Under the pieces are notes generated by a model that saw only the letters and a program-made list of their open reading frames with translations, searched no databases and was not told the origin of the DNA. A stretch of 64,000 nt of DNA from Anolis carolinensis (taxonomy: Eukaryota): NCBI RefSeq assembly GCF_035594765.1, contig NC_085841.1, forward strand, positions 206,716,155 to 206,780,154, read 5' to 3'. Below, one piece after another: positions 24,484-37,153 of the stretch (within the stretch, counting starts at the first letter, position 1; each line of letters begins with the position of its first letter). The translations under genes and the position numbers were made by a program.

Positions 24484-25150
24484 CTGATCCAGGGGTCTTC
24501 TTCTCGGCCTCCCCTGAGGTCACCTCCTCGCCGCCTCCTGCTCCGGGGCTGCCTGCCTGCTTCTTCTCCTGGCTGGGAGCCGGAGAGGCACCCGAGGCCT
24601 TGGGGTCGCCCTTCCTCTCTACTTCCTGAGGCTCCGGGCACGCTGCGACCCCTTGGCCGGCCTCGTAGAACTGGTCAAAGCCTTGTGGGAGGATGCCGTT
24701 CCTGCCCACGGCGCTGTAGAAGTTGGTGTTGGAAATAGCGTGGTAGAAGTGGGGGCCTCGGTGGGCGCCCCCGCAGACGGGGTCCGCCTTGAAGAGCGCC
24801 TCCACCCTCCGCCCGGGAGACAGGAAGTCCCCCCTGCCCTGCATCACCTCCTCGTAGTAGCTGCCGCCCGAGCCGTAGCTGGAGGTGGCGGCGCCTCGGT
24901 AGGGCCACTTGCCGCCGCCGTCGCCCGCATTTCCTCCCGTGTAGTCCCTGAACGCCGCCGCTGCCACTTCGCGCACCGGTTGCACGTGGGGCGGCAGGTT
25001 GGAGGCGTAAGGGAAGGCCATTTGGCAGGAGGGCGACTGGGGCAGGAATGGGGGCTTTCCGGGGAAATCCGAGGGCGAGACGTAGTAGGCGGCGGCGGGG
25101 AGGTACATGCTGGAGGCCCCGTGGCTGCCGCAGTCGTCAAAGTCGCTCAT
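24484..25150 (-). CDS. HOXD11: Hoxd11 exon 1
   Basis: MSDFDDCG...SMYLP..YYV.PSDF...HVQPVREV...[15 protein letters not shown]; donor G|gtgaga. 667 nt, phase 1; spliced protein is 300 aa. Confidence 0.93.
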
Positions 25151-25394
25151 GTCTTCCCCTCCTCCTCTTCCTCCTCCTCTCCCTCCTCCACCAGCAAGGA
25201 GCAGCAGTAATCGCAGCAGCAGCAGCCACAGAGCCCAGCGGCGCCCGGGAGCTGGCCAAGGAGCCCCATCTATCTGCCCCCGGAGAGAGAGAGAGCAGCC
25301 CCGAAGAAGGAGGAGGAAGTGGAGGAGCAGCTAAAGGAGGAGAAGCTAAAGGAGCTCAAGGAGACGCAGGAAGGGGGGGAAATCCCACTGTGAG

Positions 25395-25450
25395 CTGCTG
25401 ACGTGCAATTCATCTTGATTGATTCGAGGGGTAATTGTGTCACGTGACGG
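25395..25450 (-). promoter_or_regulatory. Hoxd11 proximal promoter motifs
   Basis: TGACGT (CRE-like), TGATTGAT (Pbx/Hox) and palindromic GTCACGTGAC (25439-25448). Confidence 0.6.
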
Positions 25451-25987
25451 AGCCCAGGAAGAAATGTCCTTATATCTATATCAGACCCCCTCCCCGCACC
25501 TCCTTGAGCCTCTCCGCCTTCTCGTCCTCCTTGCCTGCCTTGTCTTGCTCAAGCCCACTCTCCTCCGCGAAAACCCTTCCCAAGTCACCCACTCACTCAC
25601 TCAACCGCCCACCCAGTCAGCCCAAAGGCATACACTCGTTTGGACAAATAGGACCATTCCCAGCTCTTCCCTCCACCCTGCCTTTCTCCACCCCTCCTCT
25701 TTCCCCCCTCCCTTCACCAACCCTGGAGAGATGAGAAGCTAAAGGTAGGGCAGCAGATCACCTGGGCAACAGATCGTCCCATCTTTCTTGCGCCGGTAAT
25801 CCCTTCCACACAGCAACAAATCCAGTGTGCCATCAGGACTAGCTCAATGACACCCAGGCCACCCTCCACACGCAGAGAAAGACTGAGAGTCAAAAAGAGA
25901 AGGGAAAAGGCACGGCCCCAAGTAAAAAGGAAAGAACGAGTCCCCCTGCACTGTATGCCTGTATGTCCTCTCCTCGCTTGTTTCCAA

Positions 25988-26326
25988 GTGAGGAGATCAA
26001 GCAATGGCTAATACCGAATGAGAGACTCCCTCCTGGACACACAGAAGACTGGGCGACTTGGAAGGCGCTGAATAGACTGAGCCCTGGCACCAACTTTAAG
26101 AAATGGGGCCACAAAGTGGAGGCCAGGACATGCGAGTGTGGAGAATAGCAAACCACAAACCTCCTACTACAATGCAGTCTGAGCCCTGCCATATGCCCTT
26201 CTGATAGCAACCCCAGTGGCACTCCAAGTGGACAGCAATTGGTCAAAAGACATTTAGTCTAATGCCAAGTTTTTAAACTTTGTGTTTTAAAATTCATTAC
26301 AACTGTACCCTCTGACACGATAAATA
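25988..26326 (+). mobile_element. Ingi/Vingi-like LINE 3' fragment upstream of Hoxd11
   Basis: WLIPNERLPPGHTEDWATWKALNRL...TCECGE; tail ctgacacgataaata; 11-bp TSD CTTGTTTCCAA. Confidence 0.85.
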
Positions 26327-28152
26327 CTTGTTTCCAAAACCAGCCATGATTGGAAATGCAACCAGGCAGCCAGTCAATAAGGGTCAGGAAGGTGATAGAG
26401 TATTCCCCACAATATTTCTCAGAATTGAGGCATCCTTCTTTCACACTAGACATAACATTTACGGGATTGTTGCTGTACACTCCTCAACCTCCAGCATGGT
26501 AAGATGAGTTGAGCGGCACAAACTAATCCTGGGGCAAAAAGAAGGCTTCTCCCCCATCTCCTGGTCCCCTTTACTCCCCACAGGTCTTGATCCTTCCTTG
26601 GTTTTTTTAGCAACATCTACTTTCCCAGCCCTAAAACTCTCCATCCGGCTTGCTGCTTCCCTTCCCTTTCTTTCCTAGAAGCCCAAACATTACTCTGGTT
26701 CCACTGTGTGGAAAAACAGAGAAGGATAAAGAGGGAAAGGGGTGGAAAGAGGGTTGACTCCCCCGTGCCTGGGGACGGCTTCCCCGTTTCAGCAAGTGGG
26801 AACCTTGGGGCGCGCAAAACAGGAGGTTACATCAGACATCTTTGGGTGGGGCGTATGAATCCATTCGTTTATGGAAACAGAAACCTAATCAATACCTAAA
26901 CGTCACGGTTTTAAGCGCAGGCAATGATCAATGTCATTTCAAGAAGATAAAGGGGTGCTGGGGAATCAAGGAGGGGGAGATGACGATATTTGGGGGGGGG
27001 GGAGGGTAGACATTTTCCTTGGTTCTAAACAGAGAGCCAAACAGTCCATGTTTCTCCCCAGCGCATTTGCAATGGCTTCTTCGCCTCCCTCCCTCCTCCT
27101 CTTCGGCTGCGAGGCTTCCCAAGCGAATAGAATAAGGCAGAAAAATTAAACAAATAACACGGAGAGAAATACACACATGGAAGGCACCCCATGAGAAAAA
27201 GAGAAAATCCTTCTGACAACAGACAACAGCACCAATAGCTCTGCAAGGCCGACCCTCTCTCTTTTTCTCCTCTTGCCCATAGTGCAATGTCAAGTTTAAA
27301 CCCAAGACCCAAAGAGACACAAGCGGCCCCAAACCCGACAACAATTCGCAAATGTACAAATGTCCTCCTTTGAGCCCTTTCTAGGAGGCTGTTAGTAAAT
27401 TAAGAGAAATTGGAAATCCAATTCTTATCATCTTGGATGCTCATAGCGAGAGAGAATCTCTATTTACTTGGATGTATTATCAATTAATCGTGGAATGGGG
27501 GTGAGAAAAGGACAAAAGAGAGAGAAAATATGTGCTTTCGAGGCTGCATAGATGACTTTCCGAAGAGGAAAAAAGAAAAAGAAAGAATGCAGAAACCTTC
27601 CGCAGTGCAACCTTGAAACGTCCTTGACGACAAAGCCAAGGATTGAAACAACCCTGTTCTGTTCTGACACTTAAAGTGTCTTGAAAATCTTACTGGATTT
27701 GGTTGAGAGTCTTTCCAGCCTGCTAAAGGCGGGCGCAGTTGTGCATATTATTTATCTGTGTAATACCAAACACACAGGAACAGGAAGAAGAAGGAGAGAC
27801 GAAGACCGTATTATGTTATGTGATGAACAGCAGCACAGGAATATGCAGAAATCAGGAGTTGTTTACTGGCTCGGATAAATCAAGATATATTCCAGCATCA
27901 GTGTACGCATTTTAGTGAGAAGAGGGAGGGAGGAAATGGTTACCATTTGCAGGACTGACTGAGGCGTTCTGCCTCTTTTGCGCTCAATTCTAAGCAGGCA
28001 GCAGAAATAGTATCCATATACAATAAAAATACCCACACGTATCAATCTAACCAAACCAAGGCCAAAATCTGAATTGCTTCTTTTCTATTTTGAAAATTGA
28101 GGTTAAATAAAGGGGAGAGAACAAATATGGCCCCTGATATAATTCACACTAT

Positions 28153-28365
28153 TTTGTCGCAGGCTTTCATGGCAGGAATCACTGGGTTGCTGTGAGCTTT
28201 CCGGGCTGTATAGCGTTGTTCCAGAAGCATTCTTTCCTGACGTTTTGCCCACATCTATGGCAGGCATCTTCACAACTTCTGAGGATGCCTGCCATAGATG
28301 CAGGCGAAACGTCAGGAAATGCTTTTGGAACATGGCCATACAGCCCGGAAAACTCACAGCAACCC
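28153..28365. mobile_element. PLE inverted-repeat fragment
   Basis: Family sequence in both orientations; flanked by ataattcacacta direct repeats. Confidence 0.85.
28276..28316 (+). ncRNA. Minimal type I hammerhead ribozyme motif, intact core
   Basis: ctt-CTGAGGA-t-GCCTGC-catagat-GCAGGC-GAAA-c-GTC-agg; predicted cleavage after 28313. Confidence 0.7.
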
Positions 28366-29319
28366 AATAATTCACACTACCGACCAAAAGGTCTACCAAC
28401 GGCCCACATTATACTGGTGGGCTTCCTTGTTAGCATGGCGCCGTCCACCTCTCCAAGAAACAAATGCAAATCACAACACTTAAGGAGATGCAGTATGTCA
28501 CCCCCTTTCGTTTGAATGCGCACCGTTGGTTTCTGCGCTTTGGTTTTTGCTGCAATGGGTGGACTCCCCCTCTTTCCCTCCCCTCTCCCCCTCCCCCCCT
28601 CCCCTCAAACGTTGACTGCGCAGCAAAGATGGCTCCTGCGCCTCCTTTAGCAATGGAACAAGAGAAGACCTCCTTCGCCTGGATGGTCTCTCGCCCACTC
28701 CAAGCCCACGAGGAGCCAGACATAGACAACCTAATGCAAATCTCCCCCACCTCAAGTCAAATACAACCACATCTTAGAGGGGAAAAATCCAACAACAAGC
28801 TAACCACGACCCTCTCCGTTGGCTTCAAGGACGCCTTAGCAAGACTCTACCAGGTTCCACCATTTCAAGTTCAAGGACACTCCATTACTATTTCTTAATA
28901 AGCACCATCCTCTGGAAATGGTGAATTAAACAAAGCAGAATAGGGGCGAAAGGAGCGAACCTGAGTGAGGTCACCCCCAATCTCTCATCCCTCACAGCCT
29001 GAAACCTGAAGCAGTGCAACCAGCCACCTCCTCTTTCAAACTTGGAAACGTCGACCATTTGCAAAGCGAAATCCTCTCCTCCCCAAAACCCAATCCGAGG
29101 GACTTTACCGTGCGACGTCTTGGAAGGTCTGCAGCCTCCTGGAGCCAGCCGGTGTTTTGTTCCTGGGGACATCTCTTCCCCAAAAGAAAGCTTCCGTGGA
29201 AAACGAGGGCGCCTGGCATCTCGTCGCCCGTGGGGTTGGGTGGGGAGAGGATCAAAGGGGAAAAGGAGAAGACGAAGAGGAGGAGGAGGAAGCAGATGTG
29301 TCTGGTCCGGCTGGAGACG

Positions 29320-29480
29320 GTGCAATTTTGTGCCACCCAAGATAAGGCACTAACTTGACCTTAACTTTGTTATGGCGCCCCTAGTTATCTGGAGAACGTG
29401 AACAGACACTGTCTGGCAGCTCTCGTAAAAACTGACTGGAAGAAGCGATTCTGAGTCATTTCATTTATTGCCACTACGGT
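29320..29480. promoter_or_regulatory. Motif-dense element between Hoxd11 and Hoxd12; candidate region X
   Basis: GATAAG, TGACCTTAACTT, CTCGTAAAA (Hox13-type), TGAGTCA (AP-1) and TTTATTG in unique DNA. Confidence 0.55.
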
Positions 29481-30257
29481 GCTGCAAGGAAGCCTCCCCC
29501 CACTCATTCGCTCCCTCGCTCGCCCCCCTCCCCTTCTGCCAAACTTTAATTATTTATGCTCTTTTAGGAAACACAAAAGCGCCCAGAGCCCATTTGGAAG
29601 AATCCGGGGGACGTTCCTTTGCCTTATCAAACTCCCAGGCATTTGTTGAAGCGGCCGGGGCTCAGCCTATCAGAGCAAAGGACCGCTCCCGGACGCCAGT
29701 CAGATGCGGGTCTAACTCGGAGAAAGAGGAGGAGGTGTAGGTACACATGCGTGTCAAGGATGAAGCTGGACTATCTTGCTGGGGATGCGTACCATTGTGT
29801 GAGAGAGCCAGTCAGAGGGGGGCTACATCACCCCTTTACCCATCCACCCAACACAACCTCAAACCAGACACAAAAGCATCCAAATACGCCTCATCTGCAC
29901 CAGCAACAGTACACACCCGAGTTTATTTCTCCCTTATAGATGCCGGAGCGAAGGTGAACCATTTCTGGGGCATTTTAGTCATGGTTGAGGAAAAATGTGG
30001 GAAAATGTGAAGTTTTACTAAATTCAGAGGTAACTTCTAAGGCAACCAAGGCCGCAATTCTGTACGGATGTCCCTCAGAATATTACAGTGAGGCTTACCT
30101 GGAAATAAAGCAGCCTCGAGCAGTGCTTACTTCCAAATAAATATGTTTGACACGGTAAACAGGTAGAAATATTTTCAAAATGTGCCTTTGGATTCCAAAA
30201 ATCGAATAGGCAGGAGTATTTGTGTGTTTATTAGGAACCCTATTGTGTTTCATAATT

Positions 30258-30423
30258 CTGACTCTGCAATCCTAAACCATCCTGAGGAATGGAAGCTTAT
30301 CCTAGTTCACCACAAGTAAGTTTCTGCTGGTTATGAAATTTATTTCTGGTCACCTGCTAAATTTTTGGTGGAAGCACCCCAACTGAGGGTTATTTTGAGC
30401 CTAATAGCTCAGATTCCCCAACA
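30258..30423 (-). mobile_element. TG...CA repeat copy
   Basis: Ends ccccaaca; same family as 36878-37153. Confidence 0.7.
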
Positions 30424-30667
30424 CATCCAAACGCTTTTGTTCATAATTGCAAAGCATCCAGGATTGTTTGGGCGGAAATAATAGTGAGTGGAATCTTCCC
30501 TTTATTATCGATCCAGTTACCTGTCGCCAAATTACCCCTGACCATCTTCACCCTATTGTTTTTTGGTGTCTGAAACCACATCATCCATTGCAAAGCAGGG
30601 TGTGAAGCTTCGCCTAGAGAAGGAAATATATAGTTGTGGAGCCGCTCACCTGCCTTTGTTTACATGG

Positions 30668-30800
30668 TGTGTTGTCGAAGGCTTTCATGGCCCGAATCAT
30701 TGAGTTGCTGTAAGTTGTCCGGGCTGTATGGCCATGTTCCAGAAGCATTTTCTCCTGACGTTTCACCTGCATTTATTGCAGGCATTCTCAGAAGTTGTTA
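30668..30800 (-). mobile_element. PLE fragment
   Basis: tgtgttgtcgaaggctttcatgg... family sequence. Confidence 0.8.
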
Positions 30801-31376
30801 GGCAGGTACATGGTGTGAATTGGTAGGGTTTGTTTTGTTTATTTTTGAACACAGAAAGACTGGTCAACCAAGACCTATCTATTTCGCTGATTTAAATAAT
30901 AAAAAATATGTGGCTATAATAACTACACCTCGTATATAACGGATATACAGTATGTTTTGTTTTTATCTGATCTTGTCTGCCACACTTTCAATATCATTTC
31001 ACAGCGATAAATACTGCAAATTGACCATGATCCACAACCAAATTTGACAGATTGTGCATAACCATTTTTATATTTTCATCTGGTAGGATATTGTATTGCA
31101 AAACTCAATAATTCAAGGTTTGCAAGAAGTCATTTAATTTCCAGAGTTAAAAGGTGGCGAGGAAAGCACCCACTACCTGCTTTTGTTGTTCATTTTTAGG
31201 GAGAAATACTATTGACAAATGTAAACAGTTATGGAGAAGATATTGTAAATATAAAAAGAGCAGATTTTCTCGACATAATTGGTTTAAACAAGCCCAATCT
31301 AAATTTTCGATATTTTTAAACCTTCCACAACTTTTTTTTTTAATTAGAGTGAAACCTCGAAATCTAAATTTCCATT

Positions 31377-31530
31377 GGATTGCTGTGAGTTTTCCGGGCT
31401 GTATGGCCATGTTCCGGAAGCATTCTCCTCTTGCCTTTGCTTCTGGAACATAGCCATACAGCCCAGAAAACTCACAAGAACCCAATGATTCCGGCCATGA
31501 TTCCGGCCATGAAAGCCTTCGACAACACAT
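31377..31530. mobile_element. PLE inverted-repeat fragment
   Basis: Short arms in both orientations. Confidence 0.8.
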
Positions 31531-31879
31531 TAAATTTCCATTATTGTGGAACAGGAAAATTAGTGACATCAGATGGGTTCATTTAAAGGTTATTTTGGTT
31601 TAATTTGGGCTGAATTATATTCATCACTTTCCAGAAATATCTTTTCCCCCGTTTTGAAGCACCATGAAATATATAATTTAAAGAAATCAGCAAAAAAGTG
31701 GGGGATTAAACTCTCTTTCCTCTTCATTTTTTTTAAGATAGTCAGATTCAAATGTCTGCTATCAGAATTTTAAACAGCTTGAATACTTATTTTTGAGACA
31801 AAAAAGACTTAATGCATAATATGAACTTGGCAAACCGTTCTTGAAATAAGGATAGCATGCCTGGAATTGTTACTAATAT

Positions 31880-32190
31880 TAAGTAACACCTCCCAAACTA
31901 AAGATTCGCCCAGACAGGAAGCAACCAGGCCTTTAAGCTGCAAGGCATTTCGATGCTAATCAATTAATTGCAACATTCACACTTGCCTCCAACAGAGAAG
32001 AGTTCTTTCTCCCACCATGAACTTTCCACAGATATATAATAAAACCCTCTTGCCTAGTTTCCAACAGACCTCACAACCTCTGAGGATGCCTGCCATAGAT
32101 GTGGGCGAAACGCCAGGAAAGAATGCTTCTACACCGTGGCCATATTGCCCGGAAAACTCACAGCAACCCAGTGAAAGCCTTCGACAGCAC
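31880..32190 (+). mobile_element. PLE fragment
   Basis: Family sequence; hammerhead cleavage triplet mutated to GCC. Confidence 0.8.
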
Positions 32191-32227
32191 AATAATATTA
32201 AGTGTTAGTTAATACGAAAGCTTTACA

Positions 32228-32341
32228 TTTCTCTAAAGATATTTCTCAAAACAAAGCGTTGTGTCCGAGACATAATGTAACTCTTAGCATTTACATTATG
32301 TCTCCACACAATGCTTGGTTTGAGAAATATCTTTAGAGAAA
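32228..32341. repeat. Long inverted repeat (hairpin)
   Basis: Arms 32228-32280 and 32291-32341, about 90% complementary, with a 10-nt loop. Confidence 0.85.
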
Positions 32342-33096
32342 ATTTAAAGGGTCAAAATTAAACGGAGTCTTTCAATTAACACTTAAAATGGCAATGCTTT
32401 GATACTATTTTTTTTTTCTAATTTCTCCTAGCCCAGAAATTGTGTGGGCGATTTCTTTGTAATTTTAACAGAAAATACATGTCGATAGTTCCAATTTTTT
32501 CGAAATCCGGAATTGGGGGGGGGGGGGGGGAAGGAGAGATTTAATTAAATTACCCATCTTTAATGTCTTTACATAAGAAAGATTATTTTCCATTCAGAGA
32601 GTTTTGTTACTCAAGTATTCCCCTTTCCGCCATAATAGAAACCAAGAAAGACTTTACAGGACCATACAAAAGGAGTCAGAAAGTCGGCTGCCCCTCCCTC
32701 CGACCTTGAGGAATTTGGCAAAGGCTGATAATGGTGTTCGTAATCCGATTCCCAAATAGATACTTGAAAAATGAAGCAGAAATCGGTCGCCCGGGGGAAA
32801 CACGGGAAGGAATAAATAGTTTCAAGACCCAAGGACCTGGTTGTCTCGCCTCCTGGGTCTTTTTGTGCCGGGGTCGGCCTTTCATTTCGCGTGTAGGCTT
32901 TGGGCAAGGCCAAAGTCAAGCCAAACACGAAAGGAAGGCTACAACAGGAGTCAAAGGAGGGAGGAAGGGAGGGAGAGCCAAGGGCAACTATGACGATCTT
33001 GGAGGCGCCTCCTCGCAGGAGGACAAATGGCAGAATGGCCTTGGCAGGATGAGAGGGGAATGCGGTGGATCCAAGGGAGGAGAGAGAAAGAGAAAG

Positions 33097-33644
33097 GCGT
33101 TGTCGAAGGCTTTCATGGCTGGAATCACTGGGTTGCTGTGAGTCTTCCAGGCTGTATGGCCATGTTCCATAAGCATTTTCTACCTTTCCAGACTACACAG
33201 AGAAGCCATTCAAATCCACAAGCATGTGGACAATTTCAACAGAAAGGAGGAAACCATGAAAATGAACAAAATCTGGCTACTAGCATTTAAAAAAACTCTA
33301 AAATCAGCGAATAAAGAACAACATTAATAAAATAGGGGAATTCCAGACATGTAACAATCGGGGCCAGCTAACACCTCCAAACAAAGGATTCTCCCAGGTA
33401 GGAAGCAACCGGCCTTTGAAGCTGCAAGAACATTAAATTCTAATCAAGGTGGCCAATTAAAACAGGCAGACAAGAGTTCTTTCTCCCACCCTGGACTTTC
33501 CACAGATATATAAAACCCACTTTCCTCGTTTCCAACACACCTCACAACCTCTGAAGATACCTGTCATAAATGCAGGCGAAACGTCAGGAGAAACTTCTTA
33601 TCAAATATAGCCAGCCATACAGCCCAGAAAACCCACAGCAACCA
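33097..33644. mobile_element. PLE fragment with endonuclease C-terminus
   Basis: cagactacacagagaagccatt... reads RLHREAI.IHKHVDNFNRKEETMK, followed by the pLTR. Confidence 0.85.
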
Positions 33645-34796
33645 AGATAGACAGACAGAAGAAGGGAATTAGAGAGAGCATCGAGTTAAGGATTTCTTCC
33701 TCACAGGGATCAAAAAAACAAGACTCGCTTCCACTTGGTCTGGGGGAAAAACTCTCCTGTTTTCCTTCCCTTTAGACAAAGCCGGCTGATGTGGGGGAGA
33801 GAGATTAAAGTTTATTTACTGGCCTACCACAAAACACACTCCGTCAGAGTTTTCTTCCTTCCCTTGCTATTGTAACAGGATCTAGGGCCCAGTCCAATAT
33901 TGTGTGGGGCCTTGAAAAAAGACGTGGAGGACAAAGACAGGCCCCAGAAGTGGTTCCACGAGGCGAAGGGGACCCTGGTGTGGATTCTTGGTCTAAAATA
34001 AATCTCCCCGAAATCCGGGAGCAGTCGCGATGCTGCTTTCTTCTGCGCCTCCAAGAGAAGGCTTTTCCTGAATGTGTGAGCAAATAGAGAGACAGAGAAA
34101 GAGTATACCTGGATATCAAGAAGGACACATATTTATATCACCAAGCCCACACAACCTCTACGTCTCGGAGACACGCAGAAAGCACCCTGTCTTCCTCCCA
34201 CTCCCTCATTCCCTCGCTCGGGCTTTTTATGTGATTCTCCCAGGGATATTTACTGCAGCGGAATCAACCCCTCAGCCAAAACAAAACCATAATGGAGGAA
34301 GTGAAACCAGTCCTTGACGAGCCTTTGTTACAGTAAAGGCAAATTAAACATCTTTCTGTCTCACACAGTGAGAAGAAAGTCAGCGGGGTTGGATCTACAT
34401 TGTCATATAATGCAGTGTAATGTGTCAGGAATTACCGGGTTGCTGTGAGTTTTCTGGGCTGAATGGCCATGTTCCAGAAGCATTATTTCCTGACGTTTCG
34501 CTTGAATTTATGGTAGGCATCCTCAGAGATTGTGAGGTCTGTTGGACCTCTGGCTACCAGTATTAAAAATCTGGCTGCCAGTATTTAAAAAAACAGAAAG
34601 AACCCATGAAAATGAACAAAATCTGGCTATCAGTATTAAAACAAACTCTAAAAATCAGGACAGTTATAAAGAACAACACTCTGAAAACAGGGAAATTCCA
34701 GACAGGAAACAATCATGGCCAGTTAACTCCTCCCAACATAGGATTCCCTCAGGAAGTAAACAGCCAAACCTTGAAGCTGCAGGGCTTTTCAGTGCT

Positions 34797-35058
34797 TTTT
34801 TTTTCGTGTCAGGAGCAACCGGAGTTGCTTCTGGAGTGAGAATTGGCCGTCTGCAAGGACGTTGCCCAGGGGTCGCCCGGATGTTTTTGATGTTTTTACC
34901 ATCCTTGTGGGAGGCTTCTCTCATGTCCCCGCATGGAGCTGGAGCTGATAGAGGGAGCTCATCCACACTCTCCCCTGGTGGGATTCGAACCTGGTAGCTT
35001 TCAGGTCAGCAACCCAACCTTCAAGTCACTTAGTCCACTACGCCATCTGGGGGCTCCT
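34797..35058 (-). mobile_element. tRNA-derived SINE (Anolis SINE2-like)
   Basis: Minus strand A/B boxes (tggcgtagtgg...ggttcgaatccc); tail ctgacacg(a)n; TSD TTTTCAGTGCT. Confidence 0.8.
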
Positions 35059-35197
35059 TTTTCAGTGCTAATCAAGGTGATCAATTGCAACATTCACACT
35101 TGCCTCAAACAGACACGAATGATTTCTCCCACCCTGAACATTCCACAGATCTATTTTAAAAAAACCCCACTTGTCTGGTTTCTAACATACCTCACAA

Positions 35198-35238
35198 CCT
35201 CTGAGGATGCCTGCTATATATGCAGGCGAAACGTCAGG
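35198..35238 (+). ncRNA. Minimal type I hammerhead ribozyme motif, intact core
   Basis: cct-CTGAGGA-t-GCCTGC-tatatat-GCAGGC-GAAA-c-GTC-agg; predicted cleavage after 35235. Confidence 0.7.
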
Positions 35239-35603
35239 AAAGGATGCTTCTGGAACATGGTCATGCTGAAAACTCTCAGCAACCTAATGCAATGTAATTT
35301 GAACTAAATTATATGATCAATGTGTGTTGGGGTTTTACAAAAGGAAAAGGCATTAAAAGTAAAGTAGAAACAAAATATAGCACTTTCAGCAGAGGAGAAG
35401 CTTTGGTGCCCAGCAAGGCCAAATAAGCTTTAAGTAATTAAAAAAGCAGAGGCAGGCGTAGAGCCTTCAGTTCTCTGAAGTTCAAACTGTATTACATAGT
35501 TTGGCAATATACTGCCTTTCAAACTACATTATATGGACCTACACTGGCCATATGCTACAGTTCAAACTATACTGCACTATATTACAGTGTATATCCAGCC
35601 GGG

Positions 35604-35658
<55 letters not shown>

Positions 35659-35787
35659 CGGTATATATATATATATATATCTCCGAGAGTAGCTTTAGGG
35701 ATATGTTGGGCTCCACTGCCCTGCGGGCCCATTTCCTTTACCTCTTTCTCTTTCCCTCTCGCTCACATGCAAGATTGCTTTGTTGGG

Positions 35788-36079
35788 AGCTAACACCTCC
35801 CAACAAAAGATTCCCCCAGGCAGTAAGCAGCCAGACTTTGAAGCTGAAAGGCTATTCAGTGCTTAACCAAGGTGACCAATTGAAACATTCACACTTGCCT
35901 CAAACAGACAAGTGTTCTTTCACCCACCCTGAACATTCTGCATATATATAAACCTCCCTTGCCTAGTTTCCGACAGACCTCACAACCTCTGAGAATGCCT
36001 GTCATAATTGCGGGCGAAACGTCAGGAGAGAATGCTTCTGGAACATGGCCATACATCCCGGAAAACTCAAAGCAACCCA
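35788..36079 (+). mobile_element. PLE fragment about 335 bp 3' of the Hoxd12 stop
   Basis: Family sequence. Confidence 0.85.
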
Positions 36080-36414
36080 AGATTATTTTTATCTGTGGTT
36101 TTTAAAAATCGTGTTTCATACGTTTGAGTTGTTCCTAGCCCAGGTAGTCCATCAGGGAGAGAGACAGGGAATCAGAAAGTGGAGAAGCAAGCAGGGTTCT
36201 CCTGCCAATGCAACTGCTCCTGGGTGTGTGCCATCATCTTTGTGCCACAAAGGCAAGGCATCTTTTTTAGGTAGCTGCAAGGAGGCTCGTCCGGAGGCAA
36301 GTTCACGATTAAGGGGCCGGAGGAGCCCAGGGGTGGCTCCTCCCTCCGTCCCTCCTCCCTTCTCTCCCTGCTTCCCTCCCTCGGGTGCGCGCCTGCGCCC
36401 TGGCCTCGCGCCCC

Positions 36415-36656
36415 TCAGTAGAGCTCCAAGGCCTGCTCGCGCCGGGCCACGCGCTTCTTCTTCATGCGCCGGTTCTGGAACCAGATCTTGACTTGCTGGT
36501 CGCTCAGGCTCAGCCTGTTGGACAGCTCTTTCCTCTTCTGGCGGTTAATAAACTCGTGGAGGAGGAACTCGCTCTCTAGCTCTGCGATCTGCTGCTTGGT
36601 GTAAGGCTTCCGTTTCTTCCTAGGGGACCTCCCTGGGGCTGGGCACCAAGGCGAAC
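36415..36656 (-). CDS. HOXD12: Hoxd12 exon 2 (homeodomain)
   Basis: [80 protein letters not shown]; acceptor gttgcag|. Confidence 0.95.
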
Positions 36657-36877
36657 CTGCAACAGACACGACACGAGTGAGAAGGAGAGAGAGATAGAGA
36701 AATTGGAACAGAGCCCTTCTCGCCTTGCTGGCTCTGAGTCCAAGGAGTCGCCGATGAGCAAAGAGGGCAGAAGAGGCAGATGAAGGAACTCGGGGCTTTC
36801 GTGCTGAAATCACTAAGATGTTGTGTGGTTCCCGGACTGTATGACTATGTTCTAACAGCATTTTCTCCTGACGTTCC

Positions 36878-37153
36878 TGTCCGGGAATCTGAGCTGTTAG
36901 GTTCAAAATAACCCTCAGTTGGAGTGATTCCACCATAAATATAGCAGAGGACCAGAAGTAAACTTCATAACCAGCAGAATCTTACCTACCACGAGCTGGG
37001 ATAAGTTTGGTTCAGGATGGTTTAGAATTGCAGAGTCAGTACCTTAGGTTTAAAATATTTATTCAAGTAAAAGAAATACATTCTAAATAGAAAAGGTCTT
37101 GGAGCTATCCAGCTTACTAAATCTCATCTTCTAAAGTGATAAGAAGGTAAACA
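36878..37153 (+). mobile_element. Longest TG...CA repeat copy, nested in a PLE fragment in the Hoxd12 intron
   Basis: Starts TGT and ends AAACA; flanked by acgttc(c)/acgttc(a); PLE sequence at 36795-36877. Confidence 0.65.

Larger units (their letters stand above)
34430..35283. mobile_element. PLE fragment interrupted by a SINE
   Basis: Family sequence on both sides of 34797-35058. Confidence 0.85.

Noticed and set aside
21158-35238. Roughly 7-kb spacing of the best hammerhead copies
   Set aside because: Only three points chosen from about 20 copies; likely chance.
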